In this document: in pieces, positions 38,352-51,413 of the stretch | Layout of the letters: each line of letters starts with the position of its first letter | Numbering within the stretch: the stretch's first letter is position 1 | Assembly: GCA_024704765.1 (NCBI GenBank) | Contig: JAKMXF010000133.1 | Span: 620,001-684,000, forward strand | Direction of reading: 5' to 3' | DNA: 64,000 bases | Source of the DNA: Oopsacas minuta | Lineage: Eukaryota; Animalia; Porifera | Notes under the pieces: generated by a model | What the model was told of the DNA's origin: nothing | What the model saw: only the letters and a program-made list of their open reading frames with translations | The model's database searches: none | Program-made: the position numbers and the translations under genes

Positions 38352-40799
38352 TCAATTTGAGACATCTGACCATGAATCTGAATCAAAATAATCAGATGAA
38401 GAATAATGTTTAACTTTTCTAGGAAGAATACCCATACCTTTCTGTATTTTAACTCCACCTGTACTAGAAGCTTTTGACCCAATTTTCAAATTAGGAACTT
38501 TCGGTAAAGAAACAAATGAAACATCAATACTGTTATCAGAATAAAACTGATTAAATTTGAATCCTTCCCTTATACCAACCAACATATCTCCGAGAGAACT
38601 GTCTCTACAAACAAGAGGTCTCATCCCAGTCATAATTAACAATCCTCTAAGTATACTGTTCTGTTGAAACTTAGCCAACACAGCTTTGTAAATTGTTTGT
38701 TCTAAGATTCTCTCCCAATCTGGTCTCACCCATTTCTCACAAGTTCTTCTCTTCATCCATCTCTCCAACTCACTAACACATTCCATACGACAGATACGGT
38801 TGCTATAAGGAGTTCCAACCAACTTCTGAGCACATAAATAATGATACACACTAGGCCAAATAGATCCTTGTATAAACAATAGAGAAGGGAAATATATAGA
38901 AAACTCATAGAAAGCACCTGTCCTGGAGAAATGAATGGGAGATAAATCAGAGTACCACTTCGGTCCGAGAATCAATTCAACTTCTTCTTCTATGTTCAAT
39001 GATAAATTCCCTCTCAATTCAGAGATATCCTTAATATGCTCTAAACTACAACATACACAACCAGCAGCTCGCGAATTCTCACACCCAGGTAATACACATA
39101 ACTTAACTCCACACGACGTCTCCAGTTTTCTAACACACCATTCATGAAACAGTAACCAACATCTTTTACCACAGGTTAACCCGTGGAAACTAGTGTTACT
39201 CAATTCACACCAGTAGCAGCCTGTAATCTCCATTCTCCAGTTATTATGTGTAGAGTATTCACTAGCTTGTTGATTGTAGCTGTTACGAGGGATAATACCA
39301 ACATCAGTGTACTGAGCTAACAAGTTAGTTAGCTTACGAGATAATGTGAAGGGATATACCACAGGTAGATTCATATTATTAGATTCTTGGATATAATGTA
39401 GAAATGGATTCTGTGGTAATCCGAGTTCTTTCTTCGAATAAATACTGCTGTCAGTTTCCAAAGTATGAAGATGATCTTGTGTAATTGGTTTAGTAGACTC
39501 GGTATATGTTGTACTAGGATATAGCATATTGTATGATGTAATATTGTTGAATATGTCTGTTGGTAAATTAGCTTCTTGTTTTGGAGTAGAAATAGTTTCT
39601 AAGAAAGGATTATTATAATCAGAGTTCATAGTTATGTCAAGTTCAGTAGAAGAATTATTTGTTACTTTAATATTAGATTGATTATCAACTACTATTGGCT
39701 GTTGAGGAATCTTTGAAGACAAATGTATAGAATTCTGTGAGGAGTCAGATTCTTTGTACCAGTGAGGTCCTGTTAATCCTTCACTGTGTATTATCCTGAC
39801 TTGGCTATACTTTTCTTTTATAGCTATTGTATGTTCTCTGCTACAACAATCAAAACCAGCTGCTGTCTTATTACAACCTGTATTCATACACATATCAACA
39901 CCAGTAAGGGAACAAACTTTACTCCTACACCATTCATAAAAAAATAAGTAACAGCGATATCTACAGAATGTATTTCCCTCTGAGACAGGTGTTTCCGATT
40001 TGTTACCACACCAATAACAGCCTTCTATCTGTCTCAACCAGTTAAGAGAGCTAGAGTAAGGAGAATTTAGATGATGTTCTTTCAGAGGTGTTCTTGGAAT
40101 TATACCAATGTCTGTTTGGAATATCATTGCGTTGTGTAGATCTATTGGGAATTCCATTATTATAGATTTATCATCGGGCATATTCTTAACAGTATTTTGA
40201 GTCATATTTTGTTTTCGGAATCTCTTAGTGCTTTGGGAAGTTGAATTCATAATTTGTCGAAGAGGAACATTAGATAATCCTCCATTAGAACAATACCAAA
40301 TAGGTCCTTCTCGAATAACTGTCTTTAATAGAGACTTATGATCAAATCCTTTAGGCAATTCAGACTCAAACTTTGCTTTGTGTTTCGTATCACAATATAA
40401 ACTATTATCTTTATTTGTATCACAACCAGGGAATCTACAGAACCTTCTATTAGTAAAGTAATGAACTCTCTCAACACACCAATCATGTAGATAGAAGAAA
40501 CATTCTTTAGTACAACATATTCCATTATAATCAGTGTTATCATCTTTACACCAGTAACATCCAATTATTTGTTTATTCCAATTATTTGAATGAAAATATT
40601 TAGGTTTATCTCCTGCTGTATTAAGCTTAAATCCACGAGGAATACAACCTACATCTGTTTCATAACAGAGAGTGTTTAAGAGTCCTTCGGAGAATTGTAT
40701 TTCTTGTCCACTGATTGATACTGAAATAAATGTATCTTTACAGAAGCTTTCCCAGTACTTGAGAAATGGGCCCCATCTAGCTCTAGGATCGGTTGCCAT
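38352..40799 (-). CDS. Array gene G5: three Cys/His modules + degenerate (pseudo-)NADAR (probable start MATDP at 40799)
   Basis: Intact ORF of about 815 aa; the NADAR-like segment at about 38555-38940 reads PSVYHYLCAQKL and WVRPDWE..AKFQQN and lacks FWGDG. Confidence 0.85.
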   Translation of the reverse strand: MATDPRARWGPFLKYWESFCKDTFISVSISGQEIQFSEGLLNTLCYETDVGCIPRGFKLNTAGDKPKYFHSNNWNKQIIGCYWCKDDNTDYNGICCTKECFFYLHDWCVERVHYFTNRRFCRFPGCDTNKDNSLYCDTKHKAKFESELPKGFDHKSLLKTVIREGPIWYCSNGGLSNVPLRQIMNSTSQSTKRFRKQNMTQNTVKNMPDDKSIIMEFPIDLHNAMIFQTDIGIIPRTPLKEHHLNSPYSSSLNWLRQIEGCYWCGNKSETPVSEGNTFCRYRCYLFFYEWCRSKVCSLTGVDMCMNTGCNKTAAGFDCCSREHTIAIKEKYSQVRIIHSEGLTGPHWYKESDSSQNSIHLSSKIPQQPIVVDNQSNIKVTNNSSTELDITMNSDYNNPFLETISTPKQEANLPTDIFNNITSYNMLYPSTTYTESTKPITQDHLHTLETDSSIYSKKELGLPQNPFLHYIQESNNMNLPVVYPFTLSRKLTNLLAQYTDVGIIPRNSYNQQASEYSTHNNWRMEITGCYWCELSNTSFHGLTCGKRCWLLFHEWCVRKLETSCGVKLCVLPGCENSRAAGCVCCSLEHIKDISELRGNLSLNIEEEVELILGPKWYSDLSPIHFSRTGAFYEFSIYFPSLLFIQGSIWPSVYHYLCAQKLVGTPYSNRICRMECVSELERWMKRRTCEKWVRPDWERILEQTIYKAVLAKFQQNSILRGLLIMTGMRPLVCRDSSLGDMLVGIREGFKFNQFYSDNSIDVSFVSLPKVPNLKIGSKASSTGGVKIQKGMGILPRKVKHYSSSDYFDSDSWSDVSN

Positions 40800-40999
40800 T
40801 GCGAAGACAAAATCTAGAATAGACAATATATATAGTTCTACTAAATAAGGGACGTCTGCTAATTCAAAACTTTATCACATTATTATTAAGAACATGCGAA
40901 CAATGATATACGTAATGATGATACCAGTAAGAGAGTCAACGTGATGATGACTTAGTATAAAAAATCCGAAATTTCAGAGAATCTATATTATTAAATTGC

Positions 41000-41270
41000 A
41001 ACTTTTGTATGTATGTATGCCGATTTGTTTATTTGTTGCTTGTTTGTTTGTCCGTTGTCAAGGAAAGGATTTATGGAATATTGTATTGAATTCGAATTTT
41101 CCAATTCTGAGATGTCGCATAAATATGCATTTATCGTATTTACGAAGTAAGTAAACAAAAATCAATAAAACTTGACTAAACATATTGAATATGCTGAATC
41201 CGATATTCACACTTTTGAATTAATCATATGTAAATTTAGGTGTGCAGCGAGAGCAAGCGAAGCCGCTAGT
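41000..41270 (+). mobile_element. Possible non-autonomous Helitron-like element
   Basis: GTAT/GTTT microsatellite stretch near 41005-41052 and a GC-rich GCAGCGAGAGCAAGCGAAGCCG-CTAGT end. Boundaries are uncertain. Confidence 0.3.
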
Positions 41271-41613
41271 CAATATTACGAAGGTGATAAGCTACACACA
41301 TACTAACAAATAAACTCTGGTTACTCAGATGAGTATTTCAGGATGGATAAATCAAGTATGCTGATTCCGAATATGATATTGTAAACAACATATTGTGAAT
41401 ATTTGTTTACTTTTAGGTACATAAAGTAAACAAATTTAAAGATCATGACAATATCATGTTTGCTACAGTTAAGATTAGGAGTTTATGTACTCGAGGGCCG
41501 TAGCCACGAGTGCGGACACGAAGTGTTCGCAACCGCGTATCGCGAACATGCGAAGCGCGCTAGTACGGATTAAACTTTATGTAAATATAATTATCCAAAG
41601 GATTAACATAGAA

Positions 41614-42051
41614 TTACTTCCTTTTAGTTTTCTTTACTTTTCCTATTCCAGCCTTAACAAATCTCTTAACAGCTGGTTTATCTATTTTAGGTCTCTTGCT
41701 CCTATCTCCTATCTCTTTAACTTGATTTATATACTTCTCAATACGTGCTAACTCATGTTGTATCTCATGACCTTCAGGATCCTCTCCACTCAGCGTCACG
41801 TAGCTGAAGAATAGAGAATTAATTCCGTATAATTGTAGTAGTTTTAATGCAGTTTGTTGTTCAGATGTTAGAGATTGTTCTAGCTGTGTTATGTCTGTAC
41901 TGAATAGAGGTTGGAGGACTTTTTCTAATGCAACTAGTTGACGGAAGAATTTCTCACAGCTGTCTTCTATTTCAGGGGGAAGAGACTCGTCACCTGTCTC
42001 AGAATTTGATCTATTTCTCTTCCCAGATAGCTTATCTGTCTGTTTAGACAT
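41614..42051 (-). CDS. C1D: C1D/Rrp47 exosome cofactor
   Basis: LYGINSLFFSYVTLSGEDPEGHEIQHELARIEKYINQVKEI..RPKIDKPAVKRFV. Confidence 0.85.
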   Translation of the reverse strand: MSKQTDKLSGKRNRSNSETGDESLPPEIEDSCEKFFRQLVALEKVLQPLFSTDITQLEQSLTSEQQTALKLLQLYGINSLFFSYVTLSGEDPEGHEIQHELARIEKYINQVKEIGDRSKRPKIDKPAVKRFVKAGIGKVKKTKRK

Positions 42052-42388
42052 TAGTTTATGCTAATTTATTCTAGAGCATAAACAACCATAACGAATATAT
42101 ATTACGAGATAGGTTACTCCCCAAATGGAGAAATGATCATAAAATACGTACGTATATTAGTCAGTGGAATTTAAGTTTTATAAAAATTTTCTAAATTTCA
42201 CTGACTAATAATATCATACAGTGTAACCCTCCGCGCTCCGCAAACGGTGTAGTATTTTTTGGCGTTGCTGGCACTCCTTTTATGGAAGTTACACTATAAA
42301 TTAGTGAAGTACGTATGTGTAATTTTGAAATCTATTGTGATATGATATTGACTTTGTTAAAGTGAGATTTCAAAACACACAACATAAT

Positions 42389-44162
42389 TCATAAAATTGT
42401 ACCAAACTTAGCATTCCAATCAGTATAACATCCTGTAGTCTCAATAGATACACTAGCTCTAACCTTCTTCCTTGCGTATTCAAAGTCAGCTAACTCAATA
42501 GGACGAACTGACTTAGCATTAACCTTAAGCACCTGTGAATGTGTCAGTTCTCTAATAGGTCCGTAAGCAGCTTCTCTAGCTAATGCAGTTATATCACTAC
42601 CTGAATAGCCTTCAAGTTCTAATGCTAGAGTAGACATGTCTCTATCTGATAGCTTATGTATCTGGTTCTTAAGAAGGGTCTGTATAAGACAATGTCTGGA
42701 ATCAGCTGTTGGAAGAGGTACATATATTCTCTTCACAAATCTCCTCAGTACAGCTTCATCTAGATCCTGTGGTCTGTTGGTAGCTCCCATTACAAGGAAT
42801 CTTTCTTTCGGATCAGAAGCTACTCCATCAAACTGTACTAAGAATTCTGTTTTTAATCTCCGTGTAGAGTCCTGCTCCCCTGAGGTCCTGGAGGTCAGCA
42901 ATGAGTCTACCTCATCTATGAATATGATTGCAGGTTGTCTCTCTCTAGCAGCTGTGAATAAGGCTCTGACTAATTTCTCTCCCTCTCCCACCCACTTAGA
43001 GGTGAGAGAGGAAGCACTGATATTAAAGAAAGTAGCTTTACACTCGCTAGCTACTGCCCTGGCTATCATAGTCTTTCCGTTACCGGGGGGACCAAATAGG
43101 AGCAGACCTTTAGCTGGCTGTCTCAGACCTTGGAATAGGTCAGGTCTGAGGCTGGGTAGGATTACGATCTCGTGGAGAGCAGCTTTAGCTTCTCTGAGAC
43201 CTGAAATATCATCGAACTTAACTGTTCTACCTGTATCAATTATTTCATTGAGTATAATCTCTGCTATTTTAGGATCTACACCCTTTATTATCTTTTCTTG
43301 AGGTGAGGGAGATTTGCTTGCTGTTTGTCCAAGTTGGGGTTGTATGGAAATCCTCTTGGATGAATCATTCGGTGTTCTGTTTGATGGTTTTAAAGGTTGT
43401 GTTGTGGATTTAAATTGAGGAGAAGTGGGTAAATTGCGCTTTTTAACACTTTTAGCCTCAGCTTCCTCTGAGTGAATTGATCTTCGAACTAAACTATCAA
43501 TCTTACTAGCTCCTATACTTGTTTCAGCTCCTTTTGATTTAGTTATTAGAGATATAACCCGATCTGTAGCAGAGTCTCTGTGTTGTTCTAATTTCTTCTT
43601 AACTTTAAGATGTTCTCGGAAGTTTGGATCAGCTGGACTTAAATTAATTGCAAGAGCTTTCTCTATTTCTTTTAAACTTTCTTCATAGAGTTGTACTACG
43701 GTATCGTTTGGTACTGTAGAAGATACAGCATTAATATAATAATGGACTCCAAATGTCCCCTATAATACGAACAACTTAATATCTCTATGCTTTCTATGCA
43801 TAATAATTCGATGGATGCATACATTACACAGAATAAATACTACAATTATGATAACGAACAAAATTGTATGCAGTAGATGCCGGTTATAAGAACATCGTAT
43901 GGAATTACATATTATGTTCTTATATCCGACATCTACTGTTTTCGTTAAAACCTATAATTTCTAGCTTCCCACTGGGATAATGTGGTAGTATGTGTCGGTA
44001 TGGCCATGGTGTATCAAACGTATATTACTACATAAAATAACCTGTAGATTTCTCATCAGCAGAGATAGCCTTAGCTAGAGAGGATTTAACAACTATATGT
44101 TGAGTAGATAGATCATCCATCTTGTGGTGGGAGCTCAATCGCTTACTGACAGGAGTACTCAT
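42389..44162 (-). CDS. SPAST: Spastin, 2 exons (44162-44042, 43713-42389), about 481 aa
   Basis: A MIT-like helix ([25 protein letters not shown]) is joined across a phase-1 intron. AAA motifs [18 protein letters not shown] and [11 protein letters not shown]; the frame is open from 43713 to 42389. Confidence 0.9.
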
Positions 44163-45343
44163 CTAGAAGATGTATACTTATAACAGAATCAGGATTCAAT
44201 TGTTTCCTTTTCAATATAAACGTATGGCAATTTGCAGAATTTAGACATTGAAAGAGATTTCAAACATAATTCTAATCAGCAAATGTTCTTTGAATATGAC
44301 GTAATACTTATCTATCACAATACTCACCCGCTCTCCCATTTTAGTGCCGCATCAATTGAATATAATAAATTTATTAAATTTATGAGAATAGCTAACATAC
44401 GAGTGCATACAATGAAATTTGAGGTATATTATGGTTTTGAATTACACAGAGAGTTATCTTGGTTAGAAGAGGACCTTCACAATTTCATACATTGGGTACT
44501 CTAACATTTTGGCCTCTCCAATTTATGAGGAACATAACATGTACCCCAAGGCGACCTTATTAAAGTTGTGTAGTCGAAAGGATCAAACATGATTTCATTT
44601 ACATTTTACGGTTGACTAAATTTACCCATTCTTTTTATAATCAACTTACTCGAAGTTTCAAGAATCTTTTGAGGAGAGAATATTTATTATCAACCAGCCC
44701 ACAACTGATAATAATTAGCGCTAGCAGGGAGGAGACAGCTAATGCGAGAGATAAATCTAGCTGTTGAGTAGGTTCGTTGCTACAACACTGAGTTAATAGT
44801 TGCCACAAGTTAGTACTATCACTAGATTGATAGTTAAACCAGTGGAGAAGATGCATTAAGCATTTCCTTACAAATCATAAATTCGTTAATTTAGTAATAC
44901 GCAATAGAACAAAGTAGAATAAACATTGCTTAATAACCCAACCTATTAGAGCATAAACTGTACAACACTCATGGCTATAGGAATCCAGAAGTTCAGGCTT
45001 TTATGTAAATCTAAAGCATCGATGTCTGTTTCTAATTTTTGAATAAATAAATAACAATAGTGTTCCTACCATTATCATATATATGGATTTAGTGCAGCTA
45101 CCTAGGTGATATCTTAATAGAAAAACAACGTTCATATGATCCTGCGAAATCTATCAGCCGATTGATGGGATAATAGTTTCGAGGGTACATTGGGGTAAAG
45201 TAATAATTCATCTTTAATATTTCTAAACTGAGTACGTCAATATGAAATAATTCAATTGTCTAAAATAATTGATCTAGAATATACTAATGAGAATAAAAGC
45301 AATCAAGCAAAGAGCAATAGTACATAATTATCATTAGAAGTCA

Positions 45344-47770
45344 TTATGATCTAGAGGTGTGGATATATGTATCTATACTCTTCAGGACATCATTCAATGT
45401 GTGCTGTACAAAATTACTGAGAAATATGTTAGAGTAGAACCATAACGAAAATATCTCAAATTTCGCGGCTAAATAAACCAATACCGGGTGGACATATGAT
45501 AGAATAAAACTTGAAAATCCAACTAGTGTATTCAGGAGCAGGTTCATAAGACGAGGCAGTGTATATTCCATAAATAGTTTGATCTCTCTCCAACTAATTG
45601 CTAGTTGTACACCACTCCACTCCCTAGCAACGCCGAGGAATTCGATCACTTGAGGGAACCTTTTCGCAAAAGTATCTTGTGCAATTATAATCACCGGAAG
45701 GATACCTACGTCATCAAGAAACCTGCCAAAGAACGTTACTCTAATCGTTTCGTGAGTTGCAATATCGACAAAAAGCGCAGAGAGAAAGAAAATAAATGAA
45801 AACCAGAATACACGTCTGAACCAACTAACTTTCTTAACTTGTTCAACAACTCTTATCTTAGTGCTCTCCTTCTCCATGATTAGAAGCATGTCTAATGTTT
45901 GTCTATACTCTTCAGAGGCGTGATTTTCCGCGAATAACGGGTTAAGCTCGTTAGTTAACTCCTCTCTAAGACCTGAGAATAAGTTGAGACTTGAATTTGA
46001 TTGTTTAACACCCTCTTTCTTAATATTAATCTTATTAAGAGCATCAACAGTCTGTTCCTTCATATCTACCATATACCTAAGCAATAAGTTAGTAGCTTTA
46101 AGCTTGGATAGAATATCTCTACACCAGAGCTTTGTACAGTGACTATCACAGGTTATACACGCATACAAGCAATGTATATATTGATTATGTAGAAATGTGG
46201 AACCCTTGCTGTTGAGATGGAGTAGTAGATTATTGAAATGACCTCTCAGTGTGTTCTGCGGTTCATATTGGTACACATAAAATTGTAATAATTTACAAAC
46301 TCTTGAGAATTCGTGTTTAATCTCATCACTAGCATTATTATCATGCAGCTTAGCAAATGCAATGAGGATATCAGTATGTTCATATGGCTTAACTATCTGT
46401 CTAGGTATCTCTGTACCAATTGATTTATGATAAGCTAACAAGTTAGATAAAGAGTTCCACACACATCTATGTACATCTCTAGCAGCCTGGCCTAGCAATA
46501 CAGGGAACATAGCATCAATCCACAATGAGAAAGTAGGTAGAAGAGTATTAATGTTATACACAGCCCATAAGATAGATAGACATATTTTATTGTTAGAAGC
46601 ATATGATCGTATTAGTTCAGGAATTTTCTTACAGTAGCTTACTACAGGGTGATATCTCTGTACACAAATAGCTTTTAACATTATCCTTACTCCATAAGTA
46701 GGTGTGTCTTTGTTCAGAGCTGGTATTAGTTCTTCTCTTATACATTGTATAAACAGGAATTCTAGCACTCTGTCAGATTGATTTTCTAGTGCTTGTAACA
46801 GGATCTAGAGATGTAGAGAAAGGATTGATATGAACTCTGGATATGATAAACACCGTATTATCTCGAATAATAGCTGGGGCGATTATAAATTTCAATTTTT
46901 GTAAACACATTTATTTCTATATAATCAAACCCATGTGTTTACATTATGTGTAATTAGCCTCATTACCTAACAAACAGTCTATAAATCAAAAATATAGGAG
47001 AAATGACGATTCACTGTAAGCAGTTATTAGCTTTTAGGAGCCTCGGGGGCTTGTTTTCGAGGTAATACAGTAATTATAGTTAATAGCAGTGTTGCCATAG
47101 ATAAACAAATATTCTGGATTTGGCATAATTTGACTTTTGGTAAGAACTTAGAATGAAATTTTCAATTTTGTGGGCGCATCATCTGGCAACACTAGTTGTT
47201 TAATAGTAAGCAAGTGATTCAGTATAGGTAGTTAGGTACACATAATGTGAATATTGGATCGAGTAATACCTGTCTAATTTCGTTAGAGAGAGCTGAGAAG
47301 GGGAACAAACTATCCTGTGGATCCATCAGAGGTCCGTATTGCTTGGGGTCAGCTTCTAAATGAGACTGTAAGAATCTTACCACATCTCTCAACCATACTT
47401 CACTATCAAATTTCTTGCTCTGTCGTTCAATATATGAACTGAGTTCTTTAGCTTTGATAGAAGGTAGTAGCTCTTCAAATCTCGGTCTAGGGGGTGGAGG
47501 AGGTTCCTGTGGAGCTTTCTTCTTCTTCTTCATGTCTTGTGTTTCAGATTTCTTCCTCTGACTGAGATCAGGATCTGTATCTCCATGTAGTGTGAGAGCA
47601 TTAAACTTGGATACAGCTCCTTCTAAAGGGTCTCTCTTTTGAGGACGATGTGCATTAGGATTGAAGTTAGACTTCTTCTTGCCTGTAGGAGCATCTCTTA
47701 TCTTACCTCCTTTCTCAACCTGTTTCCATCCCTGAGGATTGTTTGAGAACTCTCTCGGTTCAAGAGACAT
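45344..47770 (-). CDS. TMEM214: Transmembrane protein 214, 2 exons (47770-47270, 46804-45344)
   Basis: N-terminal GWKQV, WLRDVVRFL and GVRIMLKAI...KICLSILWAV; C-terminal TM helix; a phase-0 GT-AG intron joins the two ORFs. Confidence 0.75.
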
Positions 47771-48116
47771 CTATTAATAGTATCAAATAGAATAACAACA
47801 AATTCTTGTTTATTTAGGAGATACATTTATTTGTTGATTGTATAACACATGTATAATAAACTACTGATAACTCAGAATTCAATGTTTCGAATCCATTTCA
47901 AAGATTATAATATAAGTCAATAACTTGAATTTACAAGTAGAATCCATTGTTAATGCAATATGAGGTCAAATAGGATAGCTTGAAAATTGATTGAACTAAA
48001 GCCAGAGGCGATCTATGATTGTGGCCCGTAAGGCGGAGCCTAATATTTAAAGTGGCCCGTAGATTTAAAAGTTTGAGCACCCTTGCATTAGAATACAATC
48101 TTAGCGTACTAGGTAC

Positions 48117-48560
48117 TAAGGCATTAGTCGATCGTGTTAAGCAAGATCACGATCCCGATCTTAGCTGAAATTATGATCAGCGATCTCGATCAAGATCCTT
48201 ATCTCAAAAAGGATCACGATCCTGATCTCGATCATTTTTCCGATCGTTTGTGTAATATTCAATACATATATTTTTGATAGTTACATCATTTCTTATGCCA
48301 AAAGAAACTTAGGTGGAGAATCAACGCATTCTACGAACGAATATTACTGATTGTTGAACACAAATTTGGGACAATTACCTAAGTAAAAAAAACGCTAATA
48401 ATAGTAGCATTCAAAGTATACAAATGATCGAAATTTTTTGTGCAAAAAAGGATCGCGATCTTACATCCGATCCTTAATAAAACAATGATCGCCAATCGTC
48501 GCCAGATCGTCAAAAAAGTATCGCGATCGTGATCGAGCGATCAATGATCTTAATACCCTA
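48117..48560. mobile_element. GATC-rich hAT-type MITE within a cluster of TE fragments (about 47990-48910)
   Basis: Ends TAAGGCATTA and TAGGGTATTA(rc); 8-bp TSD CTAGGTAC/TTAGGTAC; many internal (C)GATC motifs. Confidence 0.6.
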
Positions 48561-49110
48561 TTAGGTACTAATGCTAAGATTTGGGACAGGGACGTAGGAA
48601 GCAAAAAATTATTGGTATGGCGAGCGCTGCACCTGCCGTACCGTCTCCTACGGCCGGGTACCGGCCCTGTGGGTTAGTGTAAACTGTGAAATATATGGTC
48701 AAGGTAGCTAAAAGTCACTCAGTGATGGGTTTTTAAGCCATGTGATTATTCGAGTATCAAAATTGATTAACAATAATTTCGGCGAACGCTTTTGTTAAGA
48801 TGACATACAGCTACGAACAGTAGACTCCGCGAAATGTTTAGGATCCCTCTGGGACCAGGCTATTTTGAGCTGAATTAACCGTAATACAGGTATTGGCTCG
48901 GTTAACTAGAGCATTTTAACACTATTTGCATGGTTTCGTTCCTTGATAAGTGATCCGATGGACTGGTGACTCAATTAGAGGAGTATACTGTATATTGTAA
49001 TTTCAAATCCCTATATCACACAAGCTATTTCAAAGTTATTAAACAGTTTCAATAAACTAACTATAACACCATATCTATTGAATCAACACAAACAAACATA
49101 TACTCATACA

Positions 49111-49902
49111 TCACACAATAGCTTCTAAATCTCTAGCATACTCAAAACACTTAGACAATATCTCCATAGCAGGAACAGATTGTCCTTGCTTCTCCTCTTT
49201 GGAAATAAAACTAAAATAATTCCCTTCTAATACCCAACCATGTTTCTCTCCGAATTCCCTCATATCTTCATCATCACTGACGTATAGCATCTTTCTAGCC
49301 TCAGATAGACTCAGAGTAGAATAGCTATGTAGTATACAAGATACTATCTCTTCTCTAACCGTTTCTAACAAAATATCTACAAACAGTCTGTAGTAAGGAG
49401 CAGGGACATTGTCTCTAGATAGGAATACTTTATTATAACTCCCTTCCATTAGGAATTGCTCTAGGTGTATAGGATGACAGAGGTATACATCAGTTAACAG
49501 CTGTTCAGGAGGTAGGAGTTCTATTTCTGTATGAAAATCTGAAAGCTTGTTTCTAGCTAGCAGAGATAATAAATTAAGACCCATCAGCTGATTAGCATAT
49601 GGAGATGGTTCTAGGAGAGATTTGTAATCTAAGTAGTAGTGTTTCAGTTGAGCCATGTAGTGCTCGAATCCTGATATATCTCTCTTCTCTATAGAAGCCA
49701 TAGCTCCTATCTCTAGCATTTCTCTAGCTAGCAGCAAGCCCTGAGGCTCTGATCCCACCCCTTGTGTTTCTGTGGGTAGGAAGGATACCTCTAGGAGAGA
49801 TACCTTTAGCTCATCAAGGAGTTGGTCTATCAGAGGGAGATTGTGTGGAGATCTGTTCCATGTTTTTCGGAGTTTCTCACAGATTGATTTAGATTTATCC
49901 AT
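49111..49902 (-). CDS. PSMD8: 26S proteasome regulatory subunit Rpn12 (probable start MDKSK at 49902)
   Basis: LAREMLEIGA, YMAQLKHYYLDY, GLNLLSLLARNKLSDFHTEIELL, LEQFLMEGSYNKV, YARDLEAIV. Confidence 0.93.
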   Translation of the reverse strand: MDKSKSICEKLRKTWNRSPHNLPLIDQLLDELKVSLLEVSFLPTETQGVGSEPQGLLLAREMLEIGAMASIEKRDISGFEHYMAQLKHYYLDYKSLLEPSPYANQLMGLNLLSLLARNKLSDFHTEIELLPPEQLLTDVYLCHPIHLEQFLMEGSYNKVFLSRDNVPAPYYRLFVDILLETVREEIVSCILHSYSTLSLSEARKMLYVSDDEDMREFGEKHGWVLEGNYFSFISKEEKQGQSVPAMEILSKCFEYARDLEAIV

Positions 49903-50627
49903 AGCTAGACTAGTCAATTTTTGATGTGGAATAATTTGTAAACAGTTTAGGCATTTCACCTGACTATTATGTACATTTATGCCCGCACAGTTGCATGCAC
50001 AAAGTAAAGTTCAATCGTGAATACCCATGCAATAGAACCGTATGAAAATTTTTTGAAGGAAATTGTTCCATGCAAATGCAGCACAAAAATTTACATTTTC
50101 ATACAAAAATTGTACCGTGTGTGTTGCGATTGTTATATTATTTGTATCAATCGTGTATGTTGGGCTTCATAACCAGAATTGATTATAATATAAGGATCAG
50201 CATCTATGACTTTGTGATCATAAAATGTTGAAGATATTAAAACAATATCAACAACGATCATTACGATAGAGAGTCATCATTTCCTTAGAAAATAATCTCG
50301 CCATGTCAAGTGCACAGTTGTATGATTTGAAAAGTAAATGGTTTGGTATTATTGAAAGCTGTGTTATAGCAGGTCCTATACTCTAAACGATTTGAATATA
50401 TTTAAATCATACTACGAATTGCGAAAAATACAAAAATATGAAATAACATCGTCTCATAACCAAATTCCCTATAAGATGCTGCCCTATAAATACCAGTATG
50501 ATCAACATATACACAAATAAAATAATATCAAAATTGTAGACTAATAAATCTTAATTCCATTAACGAATAAACATCCAAAATTAGACTACTAATAATTTAA
50601 TAATTCCAGCAGTATTTGTATATTTAA

Positions 50628-51176
50628 TTAATCCTCACCCGGTGGCACAGTGTCCTCTATCTTACGTATAAATCTAATATACAACTCAGTCTTATCATCA
50701 CCTCTCAAAACATCTTGTAGGAACTTTACTTCTACCTCTAGATGTACAACTTCAAGAGCCCCTCTTAATACTCCACATAATATATTAGCATACCATAGAG
50801 AAGCATGTTCGGGTGGTAATTCTACAAACTCAGCTAGGGGGTTGTGATCGAAGAAAAGCGAGCAAGATCGATCACTTGGATTCCATTTATCCACAACTGG
50901 CACAAAGCCTAGATAGTTCTTGAACCCAAATTTCGCGATTACGTCTGCGGTTTCTCTGAACTCTACACATTTAGTTTGAGGGTATCTAGCCAGGAAATCA
51001 TCAGCTAATCTCAAGCCTATATTATATCCCATTTTATCCAGCTGTGTATTAATCTCATCATTATCCTCATAGTCCTGGATCAGCTGAGCTACAAGAGATC
51101 CATAGGTCAGTAAGAACAGCTCAGTACCTACCTTCTTGGTGAATGCTTCACTGTATGATGCTTTTAGACGTGCCAT
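50628..51176 (-). CDS. TRAPPC3: TRAPP subunit Bet3
   Basis: ELFLLTYGSLVAQL, LDKMGYNIGLRLADDFLA, NPLAEFVELP, NILCGVLRGALE. Confidence 0.95.
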   Translation of the reverse strand: MARLKASYSEAFTKKVGTELFLLTYGSLVAQLIQDYEDNDEINTQLDKMGYNIGLRLADDFLARYPQTKCVEFRETADVIAKFGFKNYLGFVPVVDKWNPSDRSCSLFFDHNPLAEFVELPPEHASLWYANILCGVLRGALEVVHLEVEVKFLQDVLRGDDKTELYIRFIRKIEDTVPPGED

Positions 51177-51413
51177 GCTAGAATAATAATTTGAATTTAA
51201 ATTTAAGGGAAATAGAAACTCCTTTTATATCGAAACTCTTCGATAAACCGAATTTCGATAATAGCGGGTGCAGAAATCCCGGGTGGATACAAATCATAAT
51301 CTACATTCGAACCGTAATCCATTTTCCACACGAACATAATCCATATCCAATCGATATCCATTGGGAATACGAATATTAAAATCACATCCATGAAATCGAT
51401 AAATTTCATGAAT

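Noticed and set aside
42156-42297. 18-bp inverted repeat (42156-42209) and a small TA-flanked element upstream of C1D
   Set aside because: They look like ordinary MITE remnants; nothing supports a function.
42636-43301. 221-aa plus-strand ORF
   Set aside because: It is the antisense shadow of the spastin AAA domain.
44232-44880. Exon-like minus-strand segment (44641-44856, ending in a GTAAGT donor) upstream of SPAST
   Set aside because: I could not join it in phase to a downstream exon without stops, so it is left unresolved.
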